Shown: positions 36,324 through 46,810 of the stretch, in pieces
Numbering within the stretch: position 1 is the stretch's first letter
Layout of the letters: every line of letters starts with the position of its first letter
From: an uncultured Gammaproteobacteria bacterium
Lineage (GTDB): Bacteria > Pseudomonadota > Gammaproteobacteria > JACCXJ01
Assembly (NCBI GenBank): GCA_963764725.1
Contig: CAVXTM010000012.1
Coordinates: forward strand, 224,001-288,000
Direction of reading: 5' to 3'
Length of the DNA: 64,000 bases
Made by a program: the position numbers and the translations under genes
Notes under the pieces: generated by a model
What the model was told of the DNA's origin: nothing
Database searches by the model: none
The model's input: the letters and a program-made list of their open reading frames with translations, nothing else

Positions 36324-38630
36324 ATGCTCACACATAACCTCGGCTATCCGCGTATTGGCAGCCATAGAGAACTCAAGAAAGCCTGCGAGAGTTACTGGTC
36401 TTCCCAGATCGGCCTCAAAGAGCTCCTAGACGCTGGCCGGGCCATCCGCCGGCACAACTGGCAGCGCCAGCATGAGGCTGGCATCGATCTGATCCCCTGC
36501 AACGATTTCTCGTTTTACGACCATGTGCTGGATCTCTCGCTCATGGTCGGCGCGATCCCCGCGCGCTACCGGCCGCTGCTCGATAAGCCTGATAGTTCTG
36601 AGTTGGATTTGTACTTTGCCATGGCGCGGGGCTATCAGAAAGGCGGTCTCGATCTCATTGCCATGGAGATGACCAAGTGGTTCGACACCAATTACCATTA
36701 CCTGGTCCCCGAGTTCACGAAGGATCAGACCTTTAGCTTGACCTCACGGAAGGTTCTGGATGAGTTTCAGGAGGCAAGAGCGCTCGGCATCAACGCCAAG
36801 CCCGTCATGGTCGGGCCGGTGAGTTACTTGCTCCTGGGTAAGGAGAAAGTACCGGGCTTTAATCGGCTCGACCTGCTCGACCGGCTTATGCCGGTTTACT
36901 TGCAGGTCCTGGGCGAACTTCAAGGTCTCGGCGCACAATATGTCCAAATCGACGAACCCTTCCTCGCGCTGGACTTGCAGGACGAAACGAAGCGCGCCTA
37001 TGAATCGGCCTATGCCGCAATCACCCGGGCCTGTCCCGAACTCAAGTTCATCCTCGCGACTTACTTTGCCGGACTAGAGGACAACGCGGAGTTAGCTGCG
37101 AGTCTTCCCGTAACTTATTTGCACTTGGATCTCGTCCGCGCGCCCGCGCAACTGGGCCAGGTGCTGTCCCTGATCCCGCCTCAGCTTGGCCTCTCGCTGG
37201 GGGTCGTGGACGGCCGCAACGTGTGGAAGAATGATCTCGAGCGCTCCTTGGAGTTGGTCAGCAAGGCCGTAGAGAAACTGGGGAGTGAGCGCGTGGCGTT
37301 GGCGCCTTCCTGCTCACTGCTGCACGCGCCTTGTGACCTGGTGCTTGAACACGACGAGGCAGCGTTGCCTAGCGAGATCAAGGGCTGGCTGGCTTTTGCC
37401 CGGCAAAAGCTTGATGAGATCGTCACGCTGAGGGGACTGGCGCAGCCCGAAACTCACCGACAATATGCCGACAAGCTCAAGGAAAATATGCTCGACATGG
37501 AGAGCCGTCGCCAGTCGGCTTTGATCCACCGACCGGCGGTGCAACAGCGCTTTGCCGCCGTCTGTCCCGACGACCTCAAACGCCAAAGCCCCTTTGGCGT
37601 GCGTCAGGAAAAGCAATGCGCGGACCTCAATCTGCCTTTATTTCCCACGACCACCATCGGGTCTTTCCCGCAAACCGATGAAGTGAGAAGGCTCCGGCTT
37701 CGTCTCAAAAAAACCGAACTCACGCCGGAACAGTACGAGGCGGTGATCCGTACGGAAACCGAAAAGGCCATCCGCTGGCAGGAAGACGTGGGTCTGGATG
37801 TGCTGGTGCACGGTGAGTTCGAACGCAACGACATGGTGGAATACTTCGGTGAACTCTTGGATGGCTTCGCGTTCACCAGTAACGGATGGGTGCAGAGCTA
37901 CGGCTCGCGCTGCGTCAAACCGCCCATCATCTACGGTGATGTGGAACGCCAAGCGCCGATGACGGTGAAATGGTCGAAATACGCGCAGTCGTTGACCGCG
38001 AAACCCATCAAAGGAATGCTCACGGGGCCGGTCACGATCCTGCAGTGGTCATTTGTGCGCGATGATCAGCCGCGTTCCAGCACGGCGAAACAAATCGCCT
38101 TGGCGATCCGCGATGAAGTGTGCGATCTCGAAAAAGCCGGGATCCGTATCATCCAGATCGATGAACCGGCCATCCGTGAGGGACTGCCTCTGCGTCAGGC
38201 CGATTGGAAAGACTATCTCAATTGGGCGGTCGAAGCGTTTCGACTGGCCTCCTCCCGAGTGGTCGACGAGACTCAAATCCATACCCATATGTGCTACTCG
38301 GAGTTCAACGACATCATTGAGTCCGTCGCCGAGATGGATGCCGACGTCATCACCATCGAAACGTCCAGGTCGCAGATGGAGTTGCTCGACGCCTTCGTAA
38401 GCTTCCGTTATCCCAATGAGATCGGCCCAGGCGTATACGACATCCACTCGCCCCGCGTTCCGACCGAGCAGGAGATGACTGCCCTCCTGCATAAAGCGCT
38501 GGCTGTACTGCCAGCCCGCAACCTCTGGGTCAACCCCGACTGCGGCTTGAAAACCCGCAAGTGGCCCGAGACCAGGGCAGCGCTCATCAATATGGTTGCC
38601 GCTGCAAAAGCGTTGCGACAGCAAGTATAG
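36324..38630 (+). CDS. metE: Cobalamin-independent methionine synthase
   Basis: LGYPRIG..RELK, EMTKWFDTNYHY, TTTIGSFPQT, HGEFERNDMV, HTHMCY and NPDCGLKTR. Confidence 0.97.
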   Translation: MLTHNLGYPRIGSHRELKKACESYWSSQIGLKELLDAGRAIRRHNWQRQHEAGIDLIPCNDFSFYDHVLDLSLMVGAIPARYRPLLDKPDSSELDLYFAMARGYQKGGLDLIAMEMTKWFDTNYHYLVPEFTKDQTFSLTSRKVLDEFQEARALGINAKPVMVGPVSYLLLGKEKVPGFNRLDLLDRLMPVYLQVLGELQGLGAQYVQIDEPFLALDLQDETKRAYESAYAAITRACPELKFILATYFAGLEDNAELAASLPVTYLHLDLVRAPAQLGQVLSLIPPQLGLSLGVVDGRNVWKNDLERSLELVSKAVEKLGSERVALAPSCSLLHAPCDLVLEHDEAALPSEIKGWLAFARQKLDEIVTLRGLAQPETHRQYADKLKENMLDMESRRQSALIHRPAVQQRFAAVCPDDLKRQSPFGVRQEKQCADLNLPLFPTTTIGSFPQTDEVRRLRLRLKKTELTPEQYEAVIRTETEKAIRWQEDVGLDVLVHGEFERNDMVEYFGELLDGFAFTSNGWVQSYGSRCVKPPIIYGDVERQAPMTVKWSKYAQSLTAKPIKGMLTGPVTILQWSFVRDDQPRSSTAKQIALAIRDEVCDLEKAGIRIIQIDEPAIREGLPLRQADWKDYLNWAVEAFRLASSRVVDETQIHTHMCYSEFNDIIESVAEMDADVITIETSRSQMELLDAFVSFRYPNEIGPGVYDIHSPRVPTEQEMTALLHKALAVLPARNLWVNPDCGLKTRKWPETRAALINMVAAAKALRQQV

Positions 38631-38639
38631 AGGGGACCA

Positions 38640-39641
38640 TCATCGTGCAGCGAGCGCCGAGCGCGCCATCTCAAAGGCGGCATCAAGGGCCGCCAGCAGG
38701 CTGCTCGGGTCGGCCTGGCCGGTCCCGGCGAGCATGAGCGCCGTGCCGTGATCGACCGATGTTCGAATGATGGGCAAGCCGAGCGTTACGTTCACGGCGC
38801 GGCCGAAGCCTTGGTGCTTCAGGACCGGGAGCCCTTGGTCATGGTACATCGCAAGCACCGCGTCGGCGCGATTCACCGGTTCGGCGACGAAAGCGGTATC
38901 TGCGGGCAAGGGGCCCTCGACGCGGAGGCCCTCCGCACGCACGGTCTCGATCGCCGGAATGATATGATCGATCTCCTCCGTGCCGAGGTATCCGCCCTCC
39001 CCCGCATGGGGGTTTAGGCCGCAAACGGCGATCCGGGGCTGGCTCACGCCGAAACGGGCGCGGAGATCGCGAGCCAGGATCCGTAAGACGCGTACGATGC
39101 GATCCTCGGTGATGAGATCGCTGACAGCGCGAAGCGGCACGTGGGTGGTGGCGAGGGCGACGCGCAGCTCCGGCGTACACAACATCATCACCGGAAAATG
39201 GCCGCCGGTCACCGCGGCCAAATACTCCGTATGACCGGTGAAGGGGATCCCGGCATCGTTGAGGATCCCCTTGTGCACGGGCGCCGTCACCATGGCGTCG
39301 AAAGTCCCGTCCATGCACCCGCGGCAAGCCTGCGCGAGGGTCTCGACCACAGAGGGGGCGTTGCACTTATCCAATTGGCCGCTGACCGCCGGGCGGGCGA
39401 GCCGTACCGGGATAAGCTTGATCACGCCGCGCCGTGCGAGCGTGCGATCTTCGGGCGAGAACGGCTCGATATGCAACCGGAGGTTGAGCTGCGCGGCGCG
39501 TGCAGTCAGCAATTCCGGATCGGCGATGACGGTGATCGCCCCCGGATGCTCGCGTTGGGCGATGCGGACAATTAAATCCGGTCCGATCCCAGCGGGCTCG
39601 CCGGCGGTGATGACAATCCGGGGGCAAGGACGCGCGATCAT
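38640..39641 (-). CDS. pdxA: 4-hydroxythreonine-4-phosphate dehydrogenase
   Basis: [30 protein letters not shown] and RTSVDHGTA. Confidence 0.96.
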   Translation of the reverse strand: MIARPCPRIVITAGEPAGIGPDLIVRIAQREHPGAITVIADPELLTARAAQLNLRLHIEPFSPEDRTLARRGVIKLIPVRLARPAVSGQLDKCNAPSVVETLAQACRGCMDGTFDAMVTAPVHKGILNDAGIPFTGHTEYLAAVTGGHFPVMMLCTPELRVALATTHVPLRAVSDLITEDRIVRVLRILARDLRARFGVSQPRIAVCGLNPHAGEGGYLGTEEIDHIIPAIETVRAEGLRVEGPLPADTAFVAEPVNRADAVLAMYHDQGLPVLKHQGFGRAVNVTLGLPIIRTSVDHGTALMLAGTGQADPSSLLAALDAAFEMARSALAAR

Positions 39642-39736
39642 TACAGCTAAATCGCCGTACTATCGATCGCTCAAGGCTTGTGAAGAAATCGTCGCGAGCA
39701 AGCCCTGGTCGCGAGACGCGCAGTAGATTTCAGCTC

Positions 39737-41065
39737 TCACTCGCGGAAACGATACTCGACATACGCCTCGTCACGCAGGCGGCGTAACCAGGCTTGGCCG
39801 GTTTCTTCGATCTTCCGCCGCCGGATCGCATCGCGGGCCTTACCTCGCAGCGCCTCGCGCGTATTGTCGTGGTCGCGGCGTTTCAAGACCTGAACGATGT
39901 GCCACCCGAGCTCGGTCTCGAAGGGATCGCTGATCTCGTTCAAACTTAGCAGGCCCATGACTTCGTCGAACTTCGGCGCCAGATCGCCCGGACTGACCCA
40001 CCCCAAGTCGCCGCCCTTGGCCGCCGTCGCTTTGTCTTCCGAATGCGATCGGGCTAGATCATCGAAATCGTCTCCGGCTTCGATCCGTTTCTTTAGCATA
40101 TGGAGGCGTTCCCGCACATCGTCGCTCGACATCAGCTCGCTAGGTTTGATCAGTATGTGCCGGGCGCGCGTTTGTTTGACGGTGAGATCTTCCCCGGCGC
40201 TCCGGACCCCCAGGAGCTTGATGATATGGTAGCCGCTGGGGCTGCCGATCACGTCGCTGACTTCGCCCTCGCGCAGCGAGGTGACGGCTTCCGAAAACGC
40301 CGTAGGCACTTCCCTGGCTTTGCGCCAACCGAGGTCGCCGCTATCGAAGGCCTGCGGGTCGCCGGAATTCTCCGCTGCCATGCGCAGGAAATCTTCGCCC
40401 GCGCGCACGCGCCGCAGGAGCTTCTCCGCCTGTTTGCGTGCCTTCTCCGCGTCCTCCGCGGACGCAGCCTTCGGTGTGGCAACCAAAATATGCGCGAGAC
40501 GATATTCCATCTCGATCGTATCTTGTTGCACTTGTGTAGCGAGATAGTTGTCTATTTCGCGGTCCGAGACATTTACCAGGTTCGACACCTCGCGCTGGCG
40601 CAAGCGGCTGATGATGATCTCATCTCGGACGTCCTCCCGAAATTGCGCAAAGTCATAACCGCCGTGCTCCACCGCTTCGCGAAAGCGCGCCAGCGGCATG
40701 CCGTTTTCCGAAGCGATATTGCTCACGGCACGGTTCAGGGTATCGTCGTCCACCTTTAAGCCGGTTTGCGCGGCAAGCTGCAACTGAATCTTCATGACGA
40801 TGAGACGCTCCAGCACCTGACGGCGCAGGGCGGCGTCGGGCGGCGGATCGCCGCGTTGTTGTTGCAATTCTGCTTTCACGCGTTCGAACATACGGTTGAT
40901 CTCGCTCGCCATGACAACGTCGTCATTGACCACGGCGATGATCGCATCGAGCGGTTCGGCGGTGGCTGCCGCGCAACTGCTGCAAGCCAGGAGAAGGGCG
41001 GCGAAGCAGCCCTGTCTTAAGCGTTGCAGGAGCGGGTTTAAGTTTTCGCTCGTGGTATTGTACAT
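39737..41065 (-). CDS. surA: Periplasmic chaperone/PPIase SurA
   Basis: IIAVVNDDVV N-domain, two parvulin domains (HIL, GDLGW) and lptD-surA-pdxA synteny. Confidence 0.95.
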   Translation of the reverse strand: MYNTTSENLNPLLQRLRQGCFAALLLACSSCAAATAEPLDAIIAVVNDDVVMASEINRMFERVKAELQQQRGDPPPDAALRRQVLERLIVMKIQLQLAAQTGLKVDDDTLNRAVSNIASENGMPLARFREAVEHGGYDFAQFREDVRDEIIISRLRQREVSNLVNVSDREIDNYLATQVQQDTIEMEYRLAHILVATPKAASAEDAEKARKQAEKLLRRVRAGEDFLRMAAENSGDPQAFDSGDLGWRKAREVPTAFSEAVTSLREGEVSDVIGSPSGYHIIKLLGVRSAGEDLTVKQTRARHILIKPSELMSSDDVRERLHMLKKRIEAGDDFDDLARSHSEDKATAAKGGDLGWVSPGDLAPKFDEVMGLLSLNEISDPFETELGWHIVQVLKRRDHDNTREALRGKARDAIRRRKIEETGQAWLRRLRDEAYVEYRFRE

Positions 41066-41105
41066 GGGTGTCTATAATACTATTCAATAACCCCGGCGCG
41101 CGGCG

Positions 41106-43385
41106 CTAAAATTCGTTCTCGTACCCGGGAATGCTCCGTTTTAGATAACTGGTGGTGCTGCGCCCAAAGCCGGCCAGCCCCTTGAGCTCGATCTGAACGA
41201 AAAACGCGTTGTCGAACTCCCCCGTGTCGCTGCTCAGGAACCGCCGCGCCACCGTACGGACACCCCAGCAGCAACTGTTGTACTCAAACCCTGCGGCGAC
41301 CTCGAGGGTCTCCTCGGTATCCAAGGAATAGGTCCACTTACCGATGACGCTCCAATTCGGGTCCAACGGCCAACGAAACGCCAGATCGGTCTGCTCGATG
41401 AGGGTATCGCCGAGACCGCGTATATCGCGGTTGATGCGATAATCGGCGTTCACGATGGTGTCCGGATCGGGGTCATAGCGCAACCCGATGGAACCTGTTT
41501 CGACAGTCGCGTCGCTGGGGTTGAAGAACAGATCCCCCCGCGCACTGAGACCATTGGGCAGCCGGGTCGTGAGCTCCGCGAGGAAATTCGAAAACGCAAC
41601 GGTGTCCGCCCCCTCGGTGGGCAAGGTGACACGGCGATCCTCGAAATAAAAGATCTGACCCATGCTCGCGCGCAGATGTTCCCAGCCGGTATCGCGATTT
41701 ATGATCCTGGAAGTGACCGCGACCGCCGTCTGGTTTGCGTCGCCGAGACGGTCGGGGCCGCTGAACCGGTTCTCGCGAAACAGTTGCCCAAAGGAAATGT
41801 CGTATTGTCCGGTATCAAAAACAGGCAGATCATCCTGATCCTGCTCGGGGACGTAAAGATAGAAGATCCGCGGTTCAAAGGTTTGCACGGCCGGCAGCCC
41901 CGCGAAATCGAGGTCGCGTTCGAATACGAGCCCGCCGTCCAGGCTCACGATCGGCAGGGTCCGGCTCGGGCGATTATCCGCCTCGGCGCTGTTTCCGAGG
42001 TAATACTGGGTATGCTCGAGGCTCACTCGAGGCACGAAAAATCCCCCCGCGCCGTGCACCGGGTAGCTGATGACCGGTTTGAGGTCGATACGGCCGCCGA
42101 TGATCCCTTCGTCTTTGTCAAAATAGGTGGCTTCCCCGAAAAATTCGAGGTTGATTTCCCGGTCGCCCGCGGGCAGGCGGGTGAAAAAGCGAATCTGCGG
42201 CAGCCGGTCGTAAGGCCGGTTCTCGACCGGAATGGTAGTATCGACGGTTTGAAACCCCTGCAAACGGCCGAGTATATGGAAGTAATCGCCGTGGTAACTG
42301 ATGTCGGCGCGCTGTGGAAGATAGCGCGTGCTGCTGAGCGCAAGATTGCTTCCGAAGTCTTCGAAGTATTCCGAATCGGACACCCGGTTGTAGGTCAGAA
42401 AGGCGTGACCGCGCCGGCGCGCAAAATCTTGCTCATGGGTTAATGCAACCAGCGACCGGCTCTCGTCCTCGAACTCCGCGTCCGAGGGTAAATATTCGGC
42501 ATCAAGCTCTCCCCCGCCGCTTTGCAGGAGGTAACGGTATTGGCCCCCGAGCATCACGCCGCGGTTGGAAAGTATCCGCGGTTGGAAGGTTGCATCGCGT
42601 TGGGGCGCGATGTTCCAATAGTAGGGAGTGGTTAGGTCGAACCCGCTTTCCGAAGTGCTTCCCACCGTCGGCGGTAAGAAACCCGTTTTGCGCTTGTCGC
42701 TGATCGGGAAGGTGATATACGGCAGATAGAATACCGGTGTCTCCCGCACCCGCAGCACCACGTGCTCAGCCTCGCCCCATTCCTCGTTATGATCCAGTTT
42801 CATGCGCTTAGCCGCGAGCTGCCAGTCCGGTGTCTTGCCGCCACAGGTGGTGTAATCGACGTCCTTAAGCTCTGTGACATTCTCCCGCGTGTCGAGGTCG
42901 GCGACGCGCGCGCCTCCGCGCCCGCGCCGTTGCAGCAATCGATACTGGCCATATTCAAGATGGGCGCGGTCGTTGGCGAGATCGAGGCGGCCGTATTTCC
43001 CCGACCAAAACAAAGCCGGATCCCACAGGAGCAGACGACCTTCGGCCTCAATGACGGCCTGACCGCGCTCGTAAGTGAGGAGATCCGCAACCACCGCTTG
43101 TTGCTCGCGGACCAAGGAGACACCGCCCACGAATGTCAACACATTCTCCTCCAGAACCTCCACCCGGTCAGCCATCACCTCAATCGACCCCAATTTATAT
43201 GCCGCCGGATTATGGGGAGGACGGTCCGGAATCTTCGGATCGGCCTTGCAAAGCGCATAGCGTGGATCTTCAAGCTCCGCCGCGCCGACCGCCACCGGCG
43301 ATGCAGCAGCGCATACTACGATCAAGACAGCCAGTAGCGCTGACCTTTTGAGCGCAGGTATTCGAGCGAGCGCGTGCAAACCCAT
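41106..43385 (-). CDS. lptD: LPS-assembly protein LptD (start uncertain)
   Basis: YTTC, PVFYLPY..FP, RKTGFL.P, PYYWNIAP, EPR.FYLYVP and EYNSCCW. Confidence 0.95.
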   Translation of the reverse strand: MGLHALARIPALKRSALLAVLIVVCAAASPVAVGAAELEDPRYALCKADPKIPDRPPHNPAAYKLGSIEVMADRVEVLEENVLTFVGGVSLVREQQAVVADLLTYERGQAVIEAEGRLLLWDPALFWSGKYGRLDLANDRAHLEYGQYRLLQRRGRGGARVADLDTRENVTELKDVDYTTCGGKTPDWQLAAKRMKLDHNEEWGEAEHVVLRVRETPVFYLPYITFPISDKRKTGFLPPTVGSTSESGFDLTTPYYWNIAPQRDATFQPRILSNRGVMLGGQYRYLLQSGGGELDAEYLPSDAEFEDESRSLVALTHEQDFARRRGHAFLTYNRVSDSEYFEDFGSNLALSSTRYLPQRADISYHGDYFHILGRLQGFQTVDTTIPVENRPYDRLPQIRFFTRLPAGDREINLEFFGEATYFDKDEGIIGGRIDLKPVISYPVHGAGGFFVPRVSLEHTQYYLGNSAEADNRPSRTLPIVSLDGGLVFERDLDFAGLPAVQTFEPRIFYLYVPEQDQDDLPVFDTGQYDISFGQLFRENRFSGPDRLGDANQTAVAVTSRIINRDTGWEHLRASMGQIFYFEDRRVTLPTEGADTVAFSNFLAELTTRLPNGLSARGDLFFNPSDATVETGSIGLRYDPDPDTIVNADYRINRDIRGLGDTLIEQTDLAFRWPLDPNWSVIGKWTYSLDTEETLEVAAGFEYNSCCWGVRTVARRFLSSDTGEFDNAFFVQIELKGLAGFGRSTTSYLKRSIPGYENEF

Positions 43386-43614
43386 CTTAGGACAACCGAC
43401 GGCGTGTGGTGGTACGATAACTACAAAAGCGGGGCGGATCGCGGTGCCAGCCCGCGAATATTCGGCGTTATACGGGTGGGCGCGGAAGGCCACACAGGGG
43501 TCGCGGGCGGTAGACATCGGGAGTTCATGGTAAAGAGCGAGGAGGTGTTATGGCAAGTGATCCCACGGCGAAGTGGATCCTCGATCACGCGCTGGATGCG
43601 CTCTTGGTGCGCCT

Positions 43615-44481
43615 ATGAAGTTGGTGACCTTTACCCACATGGGGGAGACGCGCATCGGCGTCGCCTCCGGCAACTACGTCTATGCAATCGGGTCGATCCC
43701 CGGCTATCCGCGCGAGATGACGGAGTTGCTCGCGGCTGGGCAAGCGTTATTGGGCGATCTCGCCAGCCGCATCGAGCGTCATTGCGAACGCATCGCGCTC
43801 GCGGACATCCATCTCGAAGCGCCACTGCTCCGGCCCCCCAAGTTTCTGGCGATCGGCTTGAATTATGCTGACCACATCGCCGAAAAGGGCGGGTCGCGGC
43901 CAGCGTTTCCGACCATTTTCAATAAACAGTCGACCTGCGCGAACGGCCCCTACGACCCAATCCATAAACCCGGGGTCTCGGAGCAAGTGGACTACGAAGG
44001 CGAGCTAGGATTCGTGATCAAGTGCCGTTGCCGGCACGTGCCCGCGGCCCGGGCGCCGGAAGTGATTGCCGGTTATCTGATCGTGAACGATGTGTCGGTG
44101 CGCGATTGGCAAGCGCGCTCGCCGACGCTGACGCTCGGGAAGTCGTTCGACACGCATGGGCCCATCGGTCCGTGGATCGTGACCCCCGATGAGATCGGCG
44201 ATCCTCACGCGCTTGATGTCCGCACTTATGTCAACGGGGAACCGCGGCAAGCGTTCAACACGCGCGACATGATCTGGAACTGCTACCGCTTGGTCGAGCT
44301 GCTATCGACGGTTTTCACCTTGGAGCCCGGCGATGTCATATCCACGGGCACCGGGCGCGGCGTGGGGATGCGTCGCGACCCGCCCTCGTTCCTGCGGCCG
44401 GGCGATGTCGTACGCATCGAGATCGACGCCATCGGCGCTATCGAGAACCGCGTGATCGAAGAGCCCGCGGCGCCGCCTTGA
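43615..44481 (+). CDS. Fumarylacetoacetate hydrolase family protein
   Basis: IGLNYADH, DYEGEL, NDVSVRDWQ, GKSFDT and LEPGDVISTGT. Confidence 0.92.
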   Translation: MKLVTFTHMGETRIGVASGNYVYAIGSIPGYPREMTELLAAGQALLGDLASRIERHCERIALADIHLEAPLLRPPKFLAIGLNYADHIAEKGGSRPAFPTIFNKQSTCANGPYDPIHKPGVSEQVDYEGELGFVIKCRCRHVPAARAPEVIAGYLIVNDVSVRDWQARSPTLTLGKSFDTHGPIGPWIVTPDEIGDPHALDVRTYVNGEPRQAFNTRDMIWNCYRLVELLSTVFTLEPGDVISTGTGRGVGMRRDPPSFLRPGDVVRIEIDAIGAIENRVIEEPAAPP

Positions 44482-44523
44482 ACGGCGTGCGAGGGATCCA
44501 TGCCCGCGGACGAAACTATGTGA

Positions 44524-45894
44524 CTATGGGTGGTTGCCGCCCGCCAAGGCTTGCAAAAGCTTTTGGTGAAGCCCGCCGAAGCCGCCATTGCTCATTATAA
44601 GCACCTGATCGGTCGGTTGGGCAAGCGCAAGGATCCTGGCCACGATGGCGTCGAGATCCTGGAGAAGAATGCGTTTACTCCCGAGGCTACGCGTCTGCCC
44701 GGCTAGATCCCAGCCGAGGTTGGGTGGACAATAAAAAAGCGCGAAATCCGCCTCGCTGAACGCATCTGCGAGGGACGCAGCATGGGCACCCAGACGCATG
44801 GAATTGGAACGCGGCTCAAACACCGCAATGATCCGCGACGATCCGACGCGCTGGCGCAAGGCCGAAACAGTGGCGCGGATCTCCGTGGGATGATGCGCGA
44901 AATCGTCGTACACCGACACACCGTGGAGGACCGCAAGCTGTTCCAGCCGGCGTTTGACACCGGCAAAGCTCGACAAGGCGCGGATAGCCACATCGGGCGC
45001 CACGCCCGCATGCCGCGCGGCGGCCAAAGCGGCGAGCGCGTTGAGCGCATTATGCTGTCCGAGCAGCCCCCAGATGACCCGCCCGAACGGATGGCCTTCG
45101 ATCATGACATCGAATGCGCTGAAATCCGCGGCCACGTCTCGAAAACCCCATTGCGGTACCCCATCCCCTCCGAAGGTCTCTACGGGCGTCCAGCACCCCA
45201 TTGTCAGCACCTCGTCGACCACCGTGTCCGGGGCCGGCCGGATGAGCAACCCTTGACCGGGTATGATGCGGATCAGGTGGTGAAACTGGCGCTTGATTGC
45301 GTCCAGATCGGGGAAGATATCTGCATGGTCAAATTCGATATTGGTGATCACCAAGGTGCGCGGACGGTAGTGGATGAACTTGGACCGCTTATCAAAAAAC
45401 GCCGTGTCGTATTCATCCGCCTCCACCACGAAGCAGCGGCCGCTGCCGAGCCGGGCGGTCACATTGAAATTCAAGGGGACCCCACCGATGAGAAACCCCG
45501 GCGCATGACCCGCGTCCTCCAAGATCCAGGTCAGCATGCTGGCGGTCGTGGTTTTGCCGTGGGTGCCGGACACAGCGAGCACCCAGCGATCCTGCAGCAC
45601 CTGCTCGGCTAGCCATTGCGGCCCCGATCGATAAGCCAAGCCTTCATTAAGCAGGTATTCGATGCAAGCATTACCGCGGGAGAGTGCGTTGCCGACGACC
45701 ACCAGATCGGGCGCGGGATCCAGGCTCGAGGCACGATATCCGTCCGTTAGCTTGACACCGCTTTGCTCAAGCTGAGTGCTCATTGGCGGGTAAACGCCCT
45801 GATCCGAGCCTGCGACTTCGTGCCCGAGCTCGCGCGCAATGCGGGCGATCCCGCCCATGAAGGTGCCGCACGCGCCGAGAATATGAATTTTCAC
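44524..45894 (-). CDS. mpl: Murein peptide ligase
   Basis: IHILGACGTFMGG, VYPPMSTQL, GTHGKTTT, EADEYDTAFFDKRSKF and DDFAHHPT. Confidence 0.96.
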   Translation of the reverse strand: MKIHILGACGTFMGGIARIARELGHEVAGSDQGVYPPMSTQLEQSGVKLTDGYRASSLDPAPDLVVVGNALSRGNACIEYLLNEGLAYRSGPQWLAEQVLQDRWVLAVSGTHGKTTTASMLTWILEDAGHAPGFLIGGVPLNFNVTARLGSGRCFVVEADEYDTAFFDKRSKFIHYRPRTLVITNIEFDHADIFPDLDAIKRQFHHLIRIIPGQGLLIRPAPDTVVDEVLTMGCWTPVETFGGDGVPQWGFRDVAADFSAFDVMIEGHPFGRVIWGLLGQHNALNALAALAAARHAGVAPDVAIRALSSFAGVKRRLEQLAVLHGVSVYDDFAHHPTEIRATVSALRQRVGSSRIIAVFEPRSNSMRLGAHAASLADAFSEADFALFYCPPNLGWDLAGQTRSLGSKRILLQDLDAIVARILALAQPTDQVLIMSNGGFGGLHQKLLQALAGGNHP

Positions 45895-46174
45895 GCAGTG
45901 GACGCCCGAAAGTATCGCCGGCCGCTCCGGGATGAGTACCTGGACATCCTAAAAAGCGTGATAACGACGCGAGACATCGGCACGTGTGGGCCTGAGGGGT
46001 ATTTTAGTTGCAGCGTCTATCATAAACTGCACGGTGCGCGCAGGCTATGTCAGCACCGGGTGTGACAGAGGGTGGATAAAGCCGCGTCGAAGAGAACTAT
46101 AACTCCGCGGTTTTCGCGGGCGCTTTTCAGGTGGCCTCGCGATTTACGCTACGATATGACGAGGAGGACAACAC

Positions 46175-46687
46175 ATGTATAACACAACTCCGCTAAGAAT
46201 TGCCGTCTTTACCTTCGCGTTGACACTCGCAATTTCAGGCTGCGAGTCAGAGAAACCCGCCGTGACGGAAGCGCCGAAGCCTGCCGTCGCGCCCTCCGCG
46301 CCCGTGCCAGCCGCATCCCGGCCGCTGTTCGAGCGCTTGGGCGGGCAAGAGGGGCTCACGGCCATCGTCAACGGACTCATGTCTAATATAGGCGCGGACC
46401 CGCGGACCAGGCTTTACTTCACGAACATCGATCTTCGCCGCTTCCAGACCAAGATGGTGGAATACCTGTGCGAGCAGACCGGGGGCCCCTGCAAGTATAC
46501 CGGCGGGGAGATGAAGGCCAGGCATGCCCCGCACCAGATCGGCGATGCCGAATTCGACGCCTTCATGGAAGACCTGACAAAGAGTCTCGATAATAAACAG
46601 GTCGCGCCGTCCGATAAGGATGAGCTCTTGGGGATCCTCGGCAAGCTGAGACCGGATGTGGTGGCCACGTACGGCGGCGGGCGCTAA
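46175..46687 (+). CDS. Group I truncated hemoglobin with a lipoprotein signal
   Basis: ISGC lipobox, Pro/Ala linker and LFERLGG...GGPCKYTG..M...H. Confidence 0.88.
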   Translation: MYNTTPLRIAVFTFALTLAISGCESEKPAVTEAPKPAVAPSAPVPAASRPLFERLGGQEGLTAIVNGLMSNIGADPRTRLYFTNIDLRRFQTKMVEYLCEQTGGPCKYTGGEMKARHAPHQIGDAEFDAFMEDLTKSLDNKQVAPSDKDELLGILGKLRPDVVATYGGGR

Positions 46688-46810
46688 GGACGCTCTGCAG
46701 AAGTGTCGCGAGCAAGCCGAGATGCGCGGAGCGAGTCGCGAGACATATCAAGTAGATAGGCGAGCAACGCGCCGAGTACGCGACAAAACAGATGGGCTGC
46801 GCGGTAACAA

